A DNA stretch of 64,000 nucleotides from an uncultured Actinomycetes bacterium (lineage in GTDB: Bacteria > Actinomycetota > UBA4738 > JBBDTT01), in assembly GCA_963742735.1 (NCBI GenBank), contig CAVUMN010000004.1, positions 1,120,001 through 1,184,000 on the forward strand, in the 5' to 3' direction. The notes beneath the pieces were generated by a model that worked only from the letters and a program-made list of their open reading frames with translations, was not told the origin of the DNA and searched no databases. Within the stretch, counting starts at the first letter, position 1. Each line of letters begins with the position of its first letter. This document shows, one piece after another, positions 39,252 through 48,544 of the stretch. A program made the translations under genes and the position numbers.

Positions 39252-40823
39252 ATGACGGACGCGCCCCGCAACGTCTCCGACCTCCTGGCCGGGACGGCGG
39301 CCCGCCTTCCCGACAAGCCCGCGCTGATCTTCCGCGACCGCCCCATCGACTACGCCGACGTCGAGTTCCGCGTGGGCCGCGCCGCGGCGGCGCTCGCCGG
39401 GCTGGGGGTGTCCAGGGGCGACCGCGTCGCGCTGCTGCTGGGCAACATCCCCGAGTTCGTCTACGCCTTCTACGGGACGCTGCGCGCCGGCGGGGTGGTC
39501 TCGCCGCTGAACGTGATGCTCACCCCCGAGGAGATCGGCTACATCCTGGCCGACTCGGGCGCGCGGGTGATCGTCTGCGAGATCGGCACGCTCCCCACGG
39601 TCCTGGCCGTCCGCGACCGGCTGGCCTCGCTCGAGCACGTCCTGGTCGTGGGCGGGCCCCCCGCGCCGGCGGGGACCGAGGCCTTCGAGTCGGTCCTGGA
39701 GCGCGCCGGCGAGCCGCCGCAGGTCGAGACGTCCCCCGACGACCTCGCGGTCATCGCCTACACCTCCGGCACGACGTCGAGCCCGAAGGGGGCGATGCTC
39801 ACCCACGCCAACCTGCTGGCGAACCTCGAGCAGATGGAGGGCGTGACGCTGCTCGCCGAGGCCGAGCAGGACGTGGTGCTGCTCGTCCTTCCCCTGTTCC
39901 ACATCTACGCGCTGAACGTGATCCTGGGGCTCACCATGAAGGTGGGCGCCACCGCGATCCTCGTCGAGCGGTTCGACCCGGCGGAGACCACCGACCTGAT
40001 CGCCCGTCACGGCGCCACCGTCCTGTTCGGCGCGCCGCCCATGTTCGTGGCCTGGCTCGGGCTGCCGGGTGGCGAGTACGACCTGTCCTCGGTCCGGATC
40101 GCCGTCTCGGGGGCGGCCCCGCTGCCGGGCGAGGTCCTCGAGGCGTTCCGCGAGCGGTTCGGGCCCACGATCTGGGAGGGCTACGGCCTGACCGAGACCG
40201 CGCCGGCCGTGACCTCCAACGCCCTCGGCCAGGTGGCGAAGCCGAACTCGATCGGGCTCGCGCTTCCCGGGGTCGAGCTGCGCATCGTCGACGAGCACGA
40301 CGAGGACGTCCTGGAGGACGACCCCGGCGAGATCCTGGTCCGGGGGCCGAACCTGTTCGCGGGGTACTGGAACCGTCCCGAGGAGACCGAGGCCGTGATC
40401 CGTGACGGCTGGTTCCACACTGGCGACGTCGCCTACCGTGACGACGACGGCTACCTGTTCATCGTCGATCGAAAGAAGGACCTGATCATCGTGTCGGGCT
40501 TCAACGTCTTCCCGAAGGAGGTCGAGGACGCGATCGCGTCGCACCCCCGCATCGCCGAGGCGGCCGTCGTCGGCGTGCCGGACGAGCGCACCGGCGAGGC
40601 CGTGAAGGCGCTGGTGGTGGTGGCCCCCGGGCAGTCGATCTCCGAGGACGAGCTCAACGACCACCTCCACGGCACGCTGGCTCGGTTCAAGTGGCCGCGG
40701 CAGATCGAGTTCGTGGACGAGCTCCCGAAGCTCGTCACGGGCAAGGTGCTCCGCCGCGCGCTCCGCGGGGAGGAGATGCTCGGCGGGGCCGAGGTCCGGG
40801 CCGAGGAGGCCCCGGCCCCGTGA
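39252..40823 (+). CDS. Long-chain fatty acid-CoA ligase
   Basis: YTSGTTSSPKG, EGYGLTE, HTGD, DRKKDLII, GKVLRR. Confidence 0.95.
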   Translation: MTDAPRNVSDLLAGTAARLPDKPALIFRDRPIDYADVEFRVGRAAAALAGLGVSRGDRVALLLGNIPEFVYAFYGTLRAGGVVSPLNVMLTPEEIGYILADSGARVIVCEIGTLPTVLAVRDRLASLEHVLVVGGPPAPAGTEAFESVLERAGEPPQVETSPDDLAVIAYTSGTTSSPKGAMLTHANLLANLEQMEGVTLLAEAEQDVVLLVLPLFHIYALNVILGLTMKVGATAILVERFDPAETTDLIARHGATVLFGAPPMFVAWLGLPGGEYDLSSVRIAVSGAAPLPGEVLEAFRERFGPTIWEGYGLTETAPAVTSNALGQVAKPNSIGLALPGVELRIVDEHDEDVLEDDPGEILVRGPNLFAGYWNRPEETEAVIRDGWFHTGDVAYRDDDGYLFIVDRKKDLIIVSGFNVFPKEVEDAIASHPRIAEAAVVGVPDERTGEAVKALVVVAPGQSISEDELNDHLHGTLARFKWPRQIEFVDELPKLVTGKVLRRALRGEEMLGGAEVRAEEAPAP

Positions 40824-41506
40824 TCGTCTTTCCGTCGGCGGCGACGCTCGTGGCGACGGTGTTCACCGTCATGCTCGCCCGCGACTACGTCCGCTCGCGC
40901 CGACCCTTCCACGCCCTGTGGGCGCTGGCGATGCTGCTGTTCGCCGGCGCCTCGCTCGCGCTGTTCCTCGGGGTGCTCGACGGCTGGTCCGAGCTCGAGT
41001 TCCGCGCGTACTGGCTGCTCGGGGCGGTGCTGACCGTCCCGTTCCTGGCGATGGGGGAGCTGTACCTGCTCGTCCCCAGGCGCTGGGTGAACACCCTGCT
41101 GATGGTGCTCCTGCTGGCGGGGACGGCGGTGGCGGTCGCCACCGTTCGCACCGCCGACATCGACGCGTCGCACCTCGCCTCGGACCTCCCGCTGGGCAAG
41201 GAAGTGTTCGGCGAGGAGTCCACCGCCCGGCTTTTCTCGATCTGGTACGGCTACCCGGCGTACTTCGTCCTGCTCGGCGGCACCCTGTGGTCGGCCATGC
41301 GGATCCGCGGCCGCGCCGAGATGCGGGACCGGTTCCTGGGGACGCTGCTGATCGCCGCCGGCTCGACGATCGTGTTCATCGCCTCCGGCGTCGGGGCCGG
41401 CCTCGGCAACTTCGTGGTCTTCTCGGTGGGGCTGGCCGCGGGCGTGACGGTCATGTTCATGGGGTTCCTGCGGGCCACGCGCCGGCCCGCCGAGGCCGCC
41501 GCCTGA
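40820..41506 (+). CDS. Multi-TM membrane protein
   Basis: GTGA overlap start; about 7 hydrophobic segments. Confidence 0.8.
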   Translation: MIVFPSAATLVATVFTVMLARDYVRSRRPFHALWALAMLLFAGASLALFLGVLDGWSELEFRAYWLLGAVLTVPFLAMGELYLLVPRRWVNTLLMVLLLAGTAVAVATVRTADIDASHLASDLPLGKEVFGEESTARLFSIWYGYPAYFVLLGGTLWSAMRIRGRAEMRDRFLGTLLIAAGSTIVFIASGVGAGLGNFVVFSVGLAAGVTVMFMGFLRATRRPAEAAA

Positions 41507-42867
41507 GGCGGCTCGCCGCCCTCACGATCGCCCTCGTCCTCGGGGCGGCCCCCGCGGCGCTCGCCCACCCGCTCGGCAACTTCACGATCAACCGTTTCGC
41601 CGAGCTCGAGATCCATCCGGGCAAGCTGATCCTCGACTACGTCGTGGACATGGCCGAGATCCCCACGTTCCAGCAGCGCGTGAAGATCGACCGCAACGGC
41701 GACGACGAGCTGACCCCCGACGAGGCCGACGCCTTCGCCGTCGACCAGGCGGACCGGATCCTGCGGAACCTGGAGCTCACCGCCGACGGCGCGCCGGTGG
41801 ACCTGGAGATGGTGTCCGCGATCGGCGGGCTGGGGGAGGGCCAGGGCGGGCTGGCGTTGCTGCGCCTGGACGTCTCGTACGAGGGCCGGCTCCTGGAGGG
41901 CGTCCGCCGCCTGGAGTTCGCCGACCGCAACGACCCGAAGCGCCGGGGGTGGCGCGAGGTCACCGCGTTCGCGAACTGCGGCGCCACGATCGGCAGCTCG
42001 ACGGTGCCCCAGGACAGCCTGAGCGCCGCGCTGCTCCTGTATCCCGAGGACCGCATCGACGACCCGCCCAACGTCCGGGAGGCCGAGGTCGTGCTGGGGC
42101 CGGAGACGGAGGAAAGGTGTCCCGATGCCGCTTCGCCCACCGCGCCGGTCCCGTCGCCCGGGCCGACCGAGGGGTTCGCCGGGCTGGTGGCTCGAGAGGA
42201 TCTTTCGCCGTTCACCGTGCTCGTGGCCGTCCTGCTGGCGATGGGGTTCGGGGCCGTCCACGCGCTGTTCCCCGGCCACGGCAAGACGGTGACCGCCGCG
42301 TACCTTGCCGGGAGCTCGGCCGGGGTCCGCCACGCCGTCCGCTCGGGCGTGGCGGTCTCCCTGATGCACACGGCGTCGGTGCTGGTCCTCGGGTTCGTCA
42401 CGGCCGCGGCCTCCGCCGCGTTCGCGCCGGAGACGGTCTACCCGTGGCTCACGGTGATCGCCGGTGCGGTCGTGCTCGTTCTGGGGGTCGCGATGCTCAT
42501 GGCACGCACGCGAGCCCGCGAGGCGTCCCACGGCCACGACCACGACCACGAGCACGACGAGCCGCTCGGCCCGGCGCGGCTGGGGGCGCTGGCCATGGCC
42601 GGCGGCCTGCTGCCCTCGCCGACCGCGGTCCTGGTCCTGACCGCCGCGATCGCGCTGGACCGGCTGGTGTTCGGGCTGGTGCTGGTGGCGGCGTTCAGCG
42701 TGGGGCTGGCGGCGGCGCTGGCCGCCATCGGTGTCGCCGCGATCCGGGTCCGCGCGTTCGCCGGGGACCGGTTCCGCTGGGTCGCCTCCGCGATCCCGCT
42801 CGTGTCCGCGGGCGCGGTCGTGGCGGCGGGGACCTACCTGGTGACGACCGGCGTGCTGAAGCTCTAG
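41503..42867 (+). CDS. Nickel/cobalt transporter (RcnA/NicO-like) with exported N-terminal domain (probable CTG start)
   Basis: AHPLGNFTIN, DMAEIP, HALFPGHGKT, HGHDHDHEH, GLLPSP; CTGA overlap with the upstream stop. Confidence 0.88.
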   Translation: MRRLAALTIALVLGAAPAALAHPLGNFTINRFAELEIHPGKLILDYVVDMAEIPTFQQRVKIDRNGDDELTPDEADAFAVDQADRILRNLELTADGAPVDLEMVSAIGGLGEGQGGLALLRLDVSYEGRLLEGVRRLEFADRNDPKRRGWREVTAFANCGATIGSSTVPQDSLSAALLLYPEDRIDDPPNVREAEVVLGPETEERCPDAASPTAPVPSPGPTEGFAGLVAREDLSPFTVLVAVLLAMGFGAVHALFPGHGKTVTAAYLAGSSAGVRHAVRSGVAVSLMHTASVLVLGFVTAAASAAFAPETVYPWLTVIAGAVVLVLGVAMLMARTRAREASHGHDHDHEHDEPLGPARLGALAMAGGLLPSPTAVLVLTAAIALDRLVFGLVLVAAFSVGLAAALAAIGVAAIRVRAFAGDRFRWVASAIPLVSAGAVVAAGTYLVTTGVLKL

Positions 42868-43586
42868 ACCTCGGCGGTCAGGATCGCTGCGGAGGGAGGT
42901 CCTTCCTCGCCCTCGCGCTGCTGGACGATCCACACCCCGTCGTAGCGCGACATGTCGATCCCGATGGCGACGACGCTGGTCGCTCCCCGGTGCAGGAAGG
43001 TCGACGCCAGCAGCACCGGCTCGCCGTCCACCGTGAACCAGATCTGGTACTCGTGCCGGCGGCTGGGCCGGGGGATGCGGTCGACAATCACGAAGCACGT
43101 GGTCTCGCCCGGCTTCCACACCACCGTCGCCTGTCCGGCGGTCTCCGACTCCTTCCGCATCGACACCACGTGCGCCGCGGGGTCGGCCATGATCCGCATC
43201 GCGTTGACGGCGTTGGCGCGAGACCCCTCGACGTCGCTGACCCGCTGGGACAGGAACGCGGTGAACCCGCCCAGGGTGAGCACCGCCACCGCGGCCACCG
43301 CCCCCATCCACGAGGGCAGGCCGCGGCGGCGCGCGGCGAGCCCGTCGGTCTCGGAGAGCTCCCGTCGCAGCGAGGCGAGCAGCAGGTCCGGCGCGGGGAC
43401 GGGGTCGGCGGCCAGCGCCAGGTCGCCCACCACCTCGCGGTAGTCCTGGAGCAGCCCGCGACAGATCAGGCACGTGGGGACGTGCTCGGTCAGCAGGGCC
43501 TCGGCCTCGAGGGCGTCCTCGCCGGCCAGGGCGTCGAGGACGTAGCCCGCCAGGAGCTCCTCGATGCGGTCGTGCTGGGGCGTCAC
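42864..43586 (-). CDS. Anti-sigma factor (ZAS + RskA-like)
   Basis: ELLAGYVLDAL, HVPTCLIC, TM, YQIW. Confidence 0.85.
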   Translation of the reverse strand: MTPQHDRIEELLAGYVLDALAGEDALEAEALLTEHVPTCLICRGLLQDYREVVGDLALAADPVPAPDLLLASLRRELSETDGLAARRRGLPSWMGAVAAVAVLTLGGFTAFLSQRVSDVEGSRANAVNAMRIMADPAAHVVSMRKESETAGQATVVWKPGETTCFVIVDRIPRPSRRHEYQIWFTVDGEPVLLASTFLHRGATSVVAIGIDMSRYDGVWIVQQREGEEGPPSAAILTAEV

Positions 43587-44152
43587 GCGTCCCCCTGCAG
43601 GGCCACGCGCAGCTTGCGCAGGGCGGCCATGGTGCGGGTCTTCACCGTGCCGAGAGGGATGCGGAGGGCCTCGGCGACCCGGGCCTGGGTCATCCCTCCG
43701 AAGTAGGCCAGTTCCAACACGGTCCGTTGATCCTCCGGAAGCTCCGTCAGCGCCGCGCGAACCTGCTTGCGTCGAACGGAGAGCCAGGCGTCGTCCACGA
43801 CGCCCTCCGCTACATCTTCGCCGACGCGCGGCTCGAGGTTCAGCGAGCGTTCGTCTCGCTTTCGCAGGCGCTCCTCGCGGCGGACGGCGTCCACGGCCCG
43901 GTGGTGCACGAGCGAGAGGAAGAACGTCCGGAACGCGCCCCGGGCCGGGTCGAAGGCCTCCGGGGCCCGCCACAGGGCCATGAACGACTCGGCCACCACC
44001 TCCTGGGCCAGGGAGTCCGAGTCGGTGATCCGCCGGGCCAGGCCGTACGAGGCCGCCTGGTACCGCCGGTACAGGGTCTCGAACGCGCCGGTGTCGCGCG
44101 CGCCCAGCCGGCGGACGAGCTCGATGTCCTGGCGATCCTGCGCGGGGTCCAC
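43583..44152 (-). CDS. ECF sigma factor (SigK-like)
   Basis: AFETLYRRY, HHRAVDAVR, LAYFGGMTQ, IPLGTVKTR. Confidence 0.93.
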   Translation of the reverse strand: MDPAQDRQDIELVRRLGARDTGAFETLYRRYQAASYGLARRITDSDSLAQEVVAESFMALWRAPEAFDPARGAFRTFFLSLVHHRAVDAVRREERLRKRDERSLNLEPRVGEDVAEGVVDDAWLSVRRKQVRAALTELPEDQRTVLELAYFGGMTQARVAEALRIPLGTVKTRTMAALRKLRVALQGDA

Positions 44153-44190
44153 GTCGCACTTCTACCAGGGGTCGCGGCTACAGTCTCGCC

Positions 44191-44424
44191 GTGGCCAGCG
44201 TGCGGATGTACTCCCGGCGGCGGTGCGGCTTGTGCGACCGGGCCCGGGTCGTGCTCCTCGACGCCCACGCGGAGGCCCCATTCGAGCTCGAGGAGGTCTT
44301 CATCGACGGTGACGACGACCTGGAGCGGGCGTACGGGATCCGCGTCCCCGTGATCGAGATCGACGGCGTCGAGACCTTCGAGTACGAGGTCGAGCCGTCC
44401 GCTCTCCGAGAGGCCCTGGGGTAG
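44191..44424 (+). CDS. Glutaredoxin-like protein (DUF836)
   Basis: YSRRRCGLCD, YGIRVPV. Confidence 0.88.
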   Translation: MASVRMYSRRRCGLCDRARVVLLDAHAEAPFELEEVFIDGDDDLERAYGIRVPVIEIDGVETFEYEVEPSALREALG

Positions 44425-44430
44425 CGAGGC

Positions 44431-44988
44431 ATGCCCAAGCTCATCTACTCGATGCTCGCGTCGCTCGACGGCTACGTTGCGGACCGGGACGGCCGCTTCG
44501 GCTGGGCCGAGCCGGACGAGGCGGTCCACGCCTTCGTCAACGACCTCCAGCGCGGCGTCGAGACGTACTTGCTCGGCCGCCGGATGTACGAGGTGCTCGT
44601 GGCCTGGGAGACCATGGACGTCCGGGACGAGCCGGCCCCCATCCGGGACTACCAGGCGATCTGGAAGGACACGGACAAGGTCGTCTACTCCCGGACGCTC
44701 GACGCTCCCTCCAGCGCCCGGACCCGGATCGAGCGCGACTTCGACCCCGAGGCCGTACGGGAGATGAAGGCGAGCGCGGGAGGCGATCTCGCCGTGGCCG
44801 GCCCCGAGCTCGCCGCGCAGGCGATGCGGGCCGGGCTGGTCGACGAGTGGCACCTGTTCCTGTCGCCGATCGTGGTGGGGGGCGGCACCCGGGCCCTCCC
44901 CGACGACGTCCGCGTGCCCCTCGAGCTGGTGGACGAACGGCGCTTCGGCAACGGGACGGTGTACCTGCGCTACCGCACCGTGGGGTGA
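44431..44988 (+). CDS. Dihydrofolate reductase family protein
   Basis: SLDGYVAD, LLGRRMYE, GLVDEW, PIVVGGG. Confidence 0.92.
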   Translation: MPKLIYSMLASLDGYVADRDGRFGWAEPDEAVHAFVNDLQRGVETYLLGRRMYEVLVAWETMDVRDEPAPIRDYQAIWKDTDKVVYSRTLDAPSSARTRIERDFDPEAVREMKASAGGDLAVAGPELAAQAMRAGLVDEWHLFLSPIVVGGGTRALPDDVRVPLELVDERRFGNGTVYLRYRTVG

Positions 44989-45010
44989 TCCGCCCGCGCT
45001 CCAAGTCCGT

Positions 45011-45028
45011 TTGTGAATGCGTTCACGT
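45011..45028. promoter_or_regulatory. Rex operator upstream of rex-hem
   Basis: TTGTGAA-tgcg-TTCACGT versus consensus TTGTGAA-N4-TTCACAA. Confidence 0.8.
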
Positions 45029-45070
45029 GCGCACTAGAATCGCCCGCGTGCCTCCCCAGGGACACACGCG

Positions 45071-45760
45071 ATGAGGGAGCGCCCGATCCCTGAAGCGACC
45101 GTCGGGCGACTGCCCGTCTACCTCCGGGCGCTCGTGGAGATGGCCGAGGCCGGCACGACCACGGTGTCCTCCGAGGGCCTGGCCGAGGCCGCCGGCGTGA
45201 ACTCCGCGAAGGTCCGCAAGGACCTCTCCTACCTGGGCACCTACGGCACGCGCGGCGTCGGCTACGACGTCGCCTACCTGATCCACCAGATCCGCCGCGA
45301 GCTCGGCCTGACCCAGCACTGGGGCGTGCTCCTGGCCGGCGTGGGGAACCTCGGCCACGCCCTGGCCGGCTACCGCGGGTTCGCCGAACGAGGGTTCCAG
45401 CTGGCCGCGCTGGTCGACGCCGACCCGAAGGTGATCGGTGAGGTCGTCGGCGGCGTCGAGGTGCGCCCCATGGAGGAGCTCGCCGACCTGGTCCGCGACC
45501 ACGACATCGCGATCGGGGTGATCTGCACGCCCGCCGCCGCGGCCCAGGAGGTGGCCGACCGGATGGCCGAGGCCGGCGTCCGCTCGATCCTGAACTTCGC
45601 GCCGGCGGTCATCACCGTCCCCGAGTCCGTCTCCCTGCGCAAGGTCGACCTGTCCATCGAGCTCCAGATCCTGGCCTTCTACGAACAGCGCAAGGCCGCG
45701 CTCCAGGCCGTGCACGGCGGCCAGGCGGTGGCGGACCTCGCCCAGGCCGGGACGAGCTGA
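45071..45760 (+). CDS. rex: Redox-sensing transcriptional repressor Rex
   Basis: IPEATVGRLPVYLR, KVRKDLSYLG, GTRGVGY, GVGNLG, ILNFAP. Confidence 0.97.
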   Translation: MRERPIPEATVGRLPVYLRALVEMAEAGTTTVSSEGLAEAAGVNSAKVRKDLSYLGTYGTRGVGYDVAYLIHQIRRELGLTQHWGVLLAGVGNLGHALAGYRGFAERGFQLAALVDADPKVIGEVVGGVEVRPMEELADLVRDHDIAIGVICTPAAAAQEVADRMAEAGVRSILNFAPAVITVPESVSLRKVDLSIELQILAFYEQRKAALQAVHGGQAVADLAQAGTS

Positions 45761-46395
45761 TGGGCGCCTACCCGGTGATCCTCGAGATGGGCGGCCGCCT
45801 CGCCGTCGTCGTCGGCGGCGGCAAGATCGCCGAGGACAAGGTCGAGAAGCTCCTGCCGGCCGACGCGAAGATCCGCGTGGTCGCCCCCGCCGTCACCGAG
45901 CGCATCGCCGCCCTGGCCGAGGAGGGCCGCGTCGAGTGGGTCGGCCGGGACTACCGCGAGGGCGACCTGGAGGGCGCGTTCATCGCCATCGCCGCGACCG
46001 ACTCCCACGACACGAACGGCAAGGTGTTCGCCGAGGCCGAGCGCCACGGCATGCCGATCAACGCCGTCGACGACGTGGAGCACTGCACGTTCATCGCGCC
46101 GGCCGTGTTCCGCAACGGCCCCCTGATCGTTGCCATCTCCACCGAGGGCAAGGCGCCGACGCTCGCCGTGCGCATCCGCGACAAGCTCAAGGAGCAGTAC
46201 GGGGGCGAGGAGTGGGCGAAGCTGCTCGAGCTCACCGGCAGCCTCCGCGACGAGGTGGCCGCCACCGGCCGCTCCTTCGAGGTCCGCGCCGAGGCGTGGT
46301 ACCGGCTGGTGGACTCCGACGTGATCGACTTGCTCCGCGAGGGGCGCGACCAGGAGGCCCGGGCGCGGGCGCGCGAATGCCTGTCCTTGCCCTAG
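45760..46395 (+). CDS. Precorrin-2 dehydrogenase/sirohydrochlorin ferrochelatase (CysG N-terminal/SirC-like)
   Basis: YPVIL, VVGGGKIA, NAVDD..CTFIAP, AISTEGKAP. Confidence 0.92.
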   Translation: MGAYPVILEMGGRLAVVVGGGKIAEDKVEKLLPADAKIRVVAPAVTERIAALAEEGRVEWVGRDYREGDLEGAFIAIAATDSHDTNGKVFAEAERHGMPINAVDDVEHCTFIAPAVFRNGPLIVAISTEGKAPTLAVRIRDKLKEQYGGEEWAKLLELTGSLRDEVAATGRSFEVRAEAWYRLVDSDVIDLLREGRDQEARARARECLSLP

Positions 46396-47645
46396 GGGTC
46401 TCCCACCGGCGCGCGTCGGTCGAGCTGCTCGAGCGGCTCGCCCTCGGCGACGACGACCTCCCCAAGGCGTACGGGCGCCTGGCCGACCTGCCCGGCGTCC
46501 GCGAGGCCGTGGTCCTGTCCACCTGCAACCGGGTCGAGGTCTACGCCGAGGTGACCGGCTACCACACCGGGTTCCAGGACCTGCGGACGTTCCTGGCAGA
46601 GTCGAGCGGACTCGACCCCGACGAGTTCGCCGAGCCCCTGTACGCGCACTACGAGGACGAGGCCGTCGAGCACCTGTTCGGCGTGGCCGCCGGCATCGAC
46701 TCGATGGTGATCGGCGAGCCCCAGATCCTGTCCCAGGTCCGTCACGCCATCCGCCGCGCCGACGCCGAGGGCGGGGGCGGTCCCGTCCTGGCCGACCTCT
46801 TCCGCCGGTCCGTTCGCTTCGGGCGCCGGGCCCGAGACGAGACCGAGATCGGCGCCAGCCCGGCCGCGTTCGTCGACGCCGGGCTCCGCCTGGCCGAGGC
46901 CGCGATCGGGAGCCTGCGCGGCAAGCGCGCGGTGGTCGTCGGGGCGGGGCAGATGGGCGGGCTGGCCCTGGAGGCCCTTCGGGCCCGCGGGGTCGCCGAC
47001 GCCCACGTCCTGAACCGGACCCCCGAGCGGGCCGAGCGGCTCGCCGCCCGTCACGGCGCGCGGGTCGGGGCGCTGCGCGATCTGGCCGAGGCGCTGGCCG
47101 GCGCCGACCTGGTGGTCACCTCCACCGGCGCGCCCGAGGTGGTCCTGGAGGCGGCCGACGTCCGCGCCGCGATGGCCGGCCGAGACGACCGGCCGATGTT
47201 CCTGCTCGACCTCGCCGTCCCACGTGACGTCGCTCCCGCCGCGGGCAACCTCTCGAACGTCTCGGTGGCCGACATCGACGCCCTGCGGGCGCGCGTGGTC
47301 GACGACGACGAGCTGCAGGAGATCGCCAAGGTCCGCGACCTCATCTCCGAGGAGGTCAAGCGCCTGGCCGAGCGCCGCCGGGTGGCCCGGCTGGCCCCGC
47401 TGCTCGAGGCCCTCCAGGCCCGCGGCGAACGGGTTCGCGCCGGCGAGCTGGCCCGCGCGGCCGCGAAGCTGTCCGGCCTGGACCCGGCCGAGCGCGAGGC
47501 CGTCGAGGCGCTCACCCGCTCGATCGTCGCGAAGCTGCTGCACGACCCGATGGTTCGGGTGAAGGCGCTCTCGGCCGGTGGCGACTCCCACGCCCGCCTG
47601 CTCGCCGAGCTGTTCGGGATCGACCAGAGCCCGCCCGCCGACTGA
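46377..47645 (+). CDS. hemA: Glutamyl-tRNA reductase
   Basis: GVSHR, LSTCNRVE, DSMVIGEPQILSQ, GAGQMG, DLAVPRD. Confidence 0.96.
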   Translation: MPVLALGVSHRRASVELLERLALGDDDLPKAYGRLADLPGVREAVVLSTCNRVEVYAEVTGYHTGFQDLRTFLAESSGLDPDEFAEPLYAHYEDEAVEHLFGVAAGIDSMVIGEPQILSQVRHAIRRADAEGGGGPVLADLFRRSVRFGRRARDETEIGASPAAFVDAGLRLAEAAIGSLRGKRAVVVGAGQMGGLALEALRARGVADAHVLNRTPERAERLAARHGARVGALRDLAEALAGADLVVTSTGAPEVVLEAADVRAAMAGRDDRPMFLLDLAVPRDVAPAAGNLSNVSVADIDALRARVVDDDELQEIAKVRDLISEEVKRLAERRRVARLAPLLEALQARGERVRAGELARAAAKLSGLDPAEREAVEALTRSIVAKLLHDPMVRVKALSAGGDSHARLLAELFGIDQSPPAD

Positions 47646-47650
47646 GCCGC

Positions 47651-48544
47651 GTGGCGGTCCTGCGGATCGGCACCCGCGGCTCCAAGCTGGCCCTCGCCCA
47701 GGCCGGCGAGGTCGCCGAGCGACTGGCCGCCGCCGGCCTCGAGTCCGAGCTGGTCCCGATCGTGACCTCCGGCGACCGCGGGGCCTCGCCGTCGTCCTCG
47801 CCCGCGGGCATGAAGGGCCTGTTCGTGGCGGAGATCGTCAAGGCCCTCCAGGCCGGCGAGGTCGACCTGGCCGTCCACTCGGCGAAGGACCTGCCGAGCG
47901 CCGATCCCCCCGGCGTCGTGGTGGCCGCGGTCCCCGAGCGTGCCGACCCGCTCGACGTGCTGGTCACCCGCGAGCCCGGTGAGCCGGCCGCGGGCGCGCG
48001 CATCGCGACCTCGAGCCTGCGGCGCGAGGCCCAGCTGCGGCGGTCCCGTCCGGGCGTGACGATCGTGGGCGTGCGCGGCAACGTCGACACCCGGCTCCGC
48101 AAGCTCGACGACGGCGAGTTCGAGGGCCTGATCCTGGCGGCGGCCGGCCTCCACCGGCTCGGCGTCCGGCCGAAGCACGCCACCCCGTTCCCGATGGAGG
48201 ACATGGTCCCGGCGCCGGGCCAGGGCGCGCTCGCGGTTCAGGCCGTGGCGGAGAGCGAGGCCCACGCGGCCGCCGCCGCCATCGACCACGGCCGGTCCCA
48301 CACCGCGTTCGAGGCGGAGCGGCAGCTGGTGGAGCTGCTGGGAGGCGGGTGCGCGCTCCCGCTCGGGGCGTACGCCGAGGCCCGCACCGAGGGGCTCCGC
48401 CTGCTCGCGGTGGTGATCAGCCCCGACGGGTCGAAGCTGGCCTGGGCGCAGGTCGAGGCGCCCTCGCCCGAGGCGGCCGCGGCCGAGGCCGCCGAGACGC
48501 TCACCGCCGGCGGGGCCCGGGAGATCCTGGCGGAGCTGGAGTGA
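47651..48544 (+). CDS. hemC: Hydroxymethylbilane synthase
   Basis: IGTRGSKLALAQ, AVHSAKDLP, TSSLRR, RGNVDTRL, GGC. Confidence 0.96.
   Translation: MAVLRIGTRGSKLALAQAGEVAERLAAAGLESELVPIVTSGDRGASPSSSPAGMKGLFVAEIVKALQAGEVDLAVHSAKDLPSADPPGVVVAAVPERADPLDVLVTREPGEPAAGARIATSSLRREAQLRRSRPGVTIVGVRGNVDTRLRKLDDGEFEGLILAAAGLHRLGVRPKHATPFPMEDMVPAPGQGALAVQAVAESEAHAAAAAIDHGRSHTAFEAERQLVELLGGGCALPLGAYAEARTEGLRLLAVVISPDGSKLAWAQVEAPSPEAAAAEAAETLTAGGAREILAELE

Noticed and set aside
42531-42558. CACGAC-type tandem repeat
   Set aside because: Encodes the His-rich loop of the Ni/Co transporter
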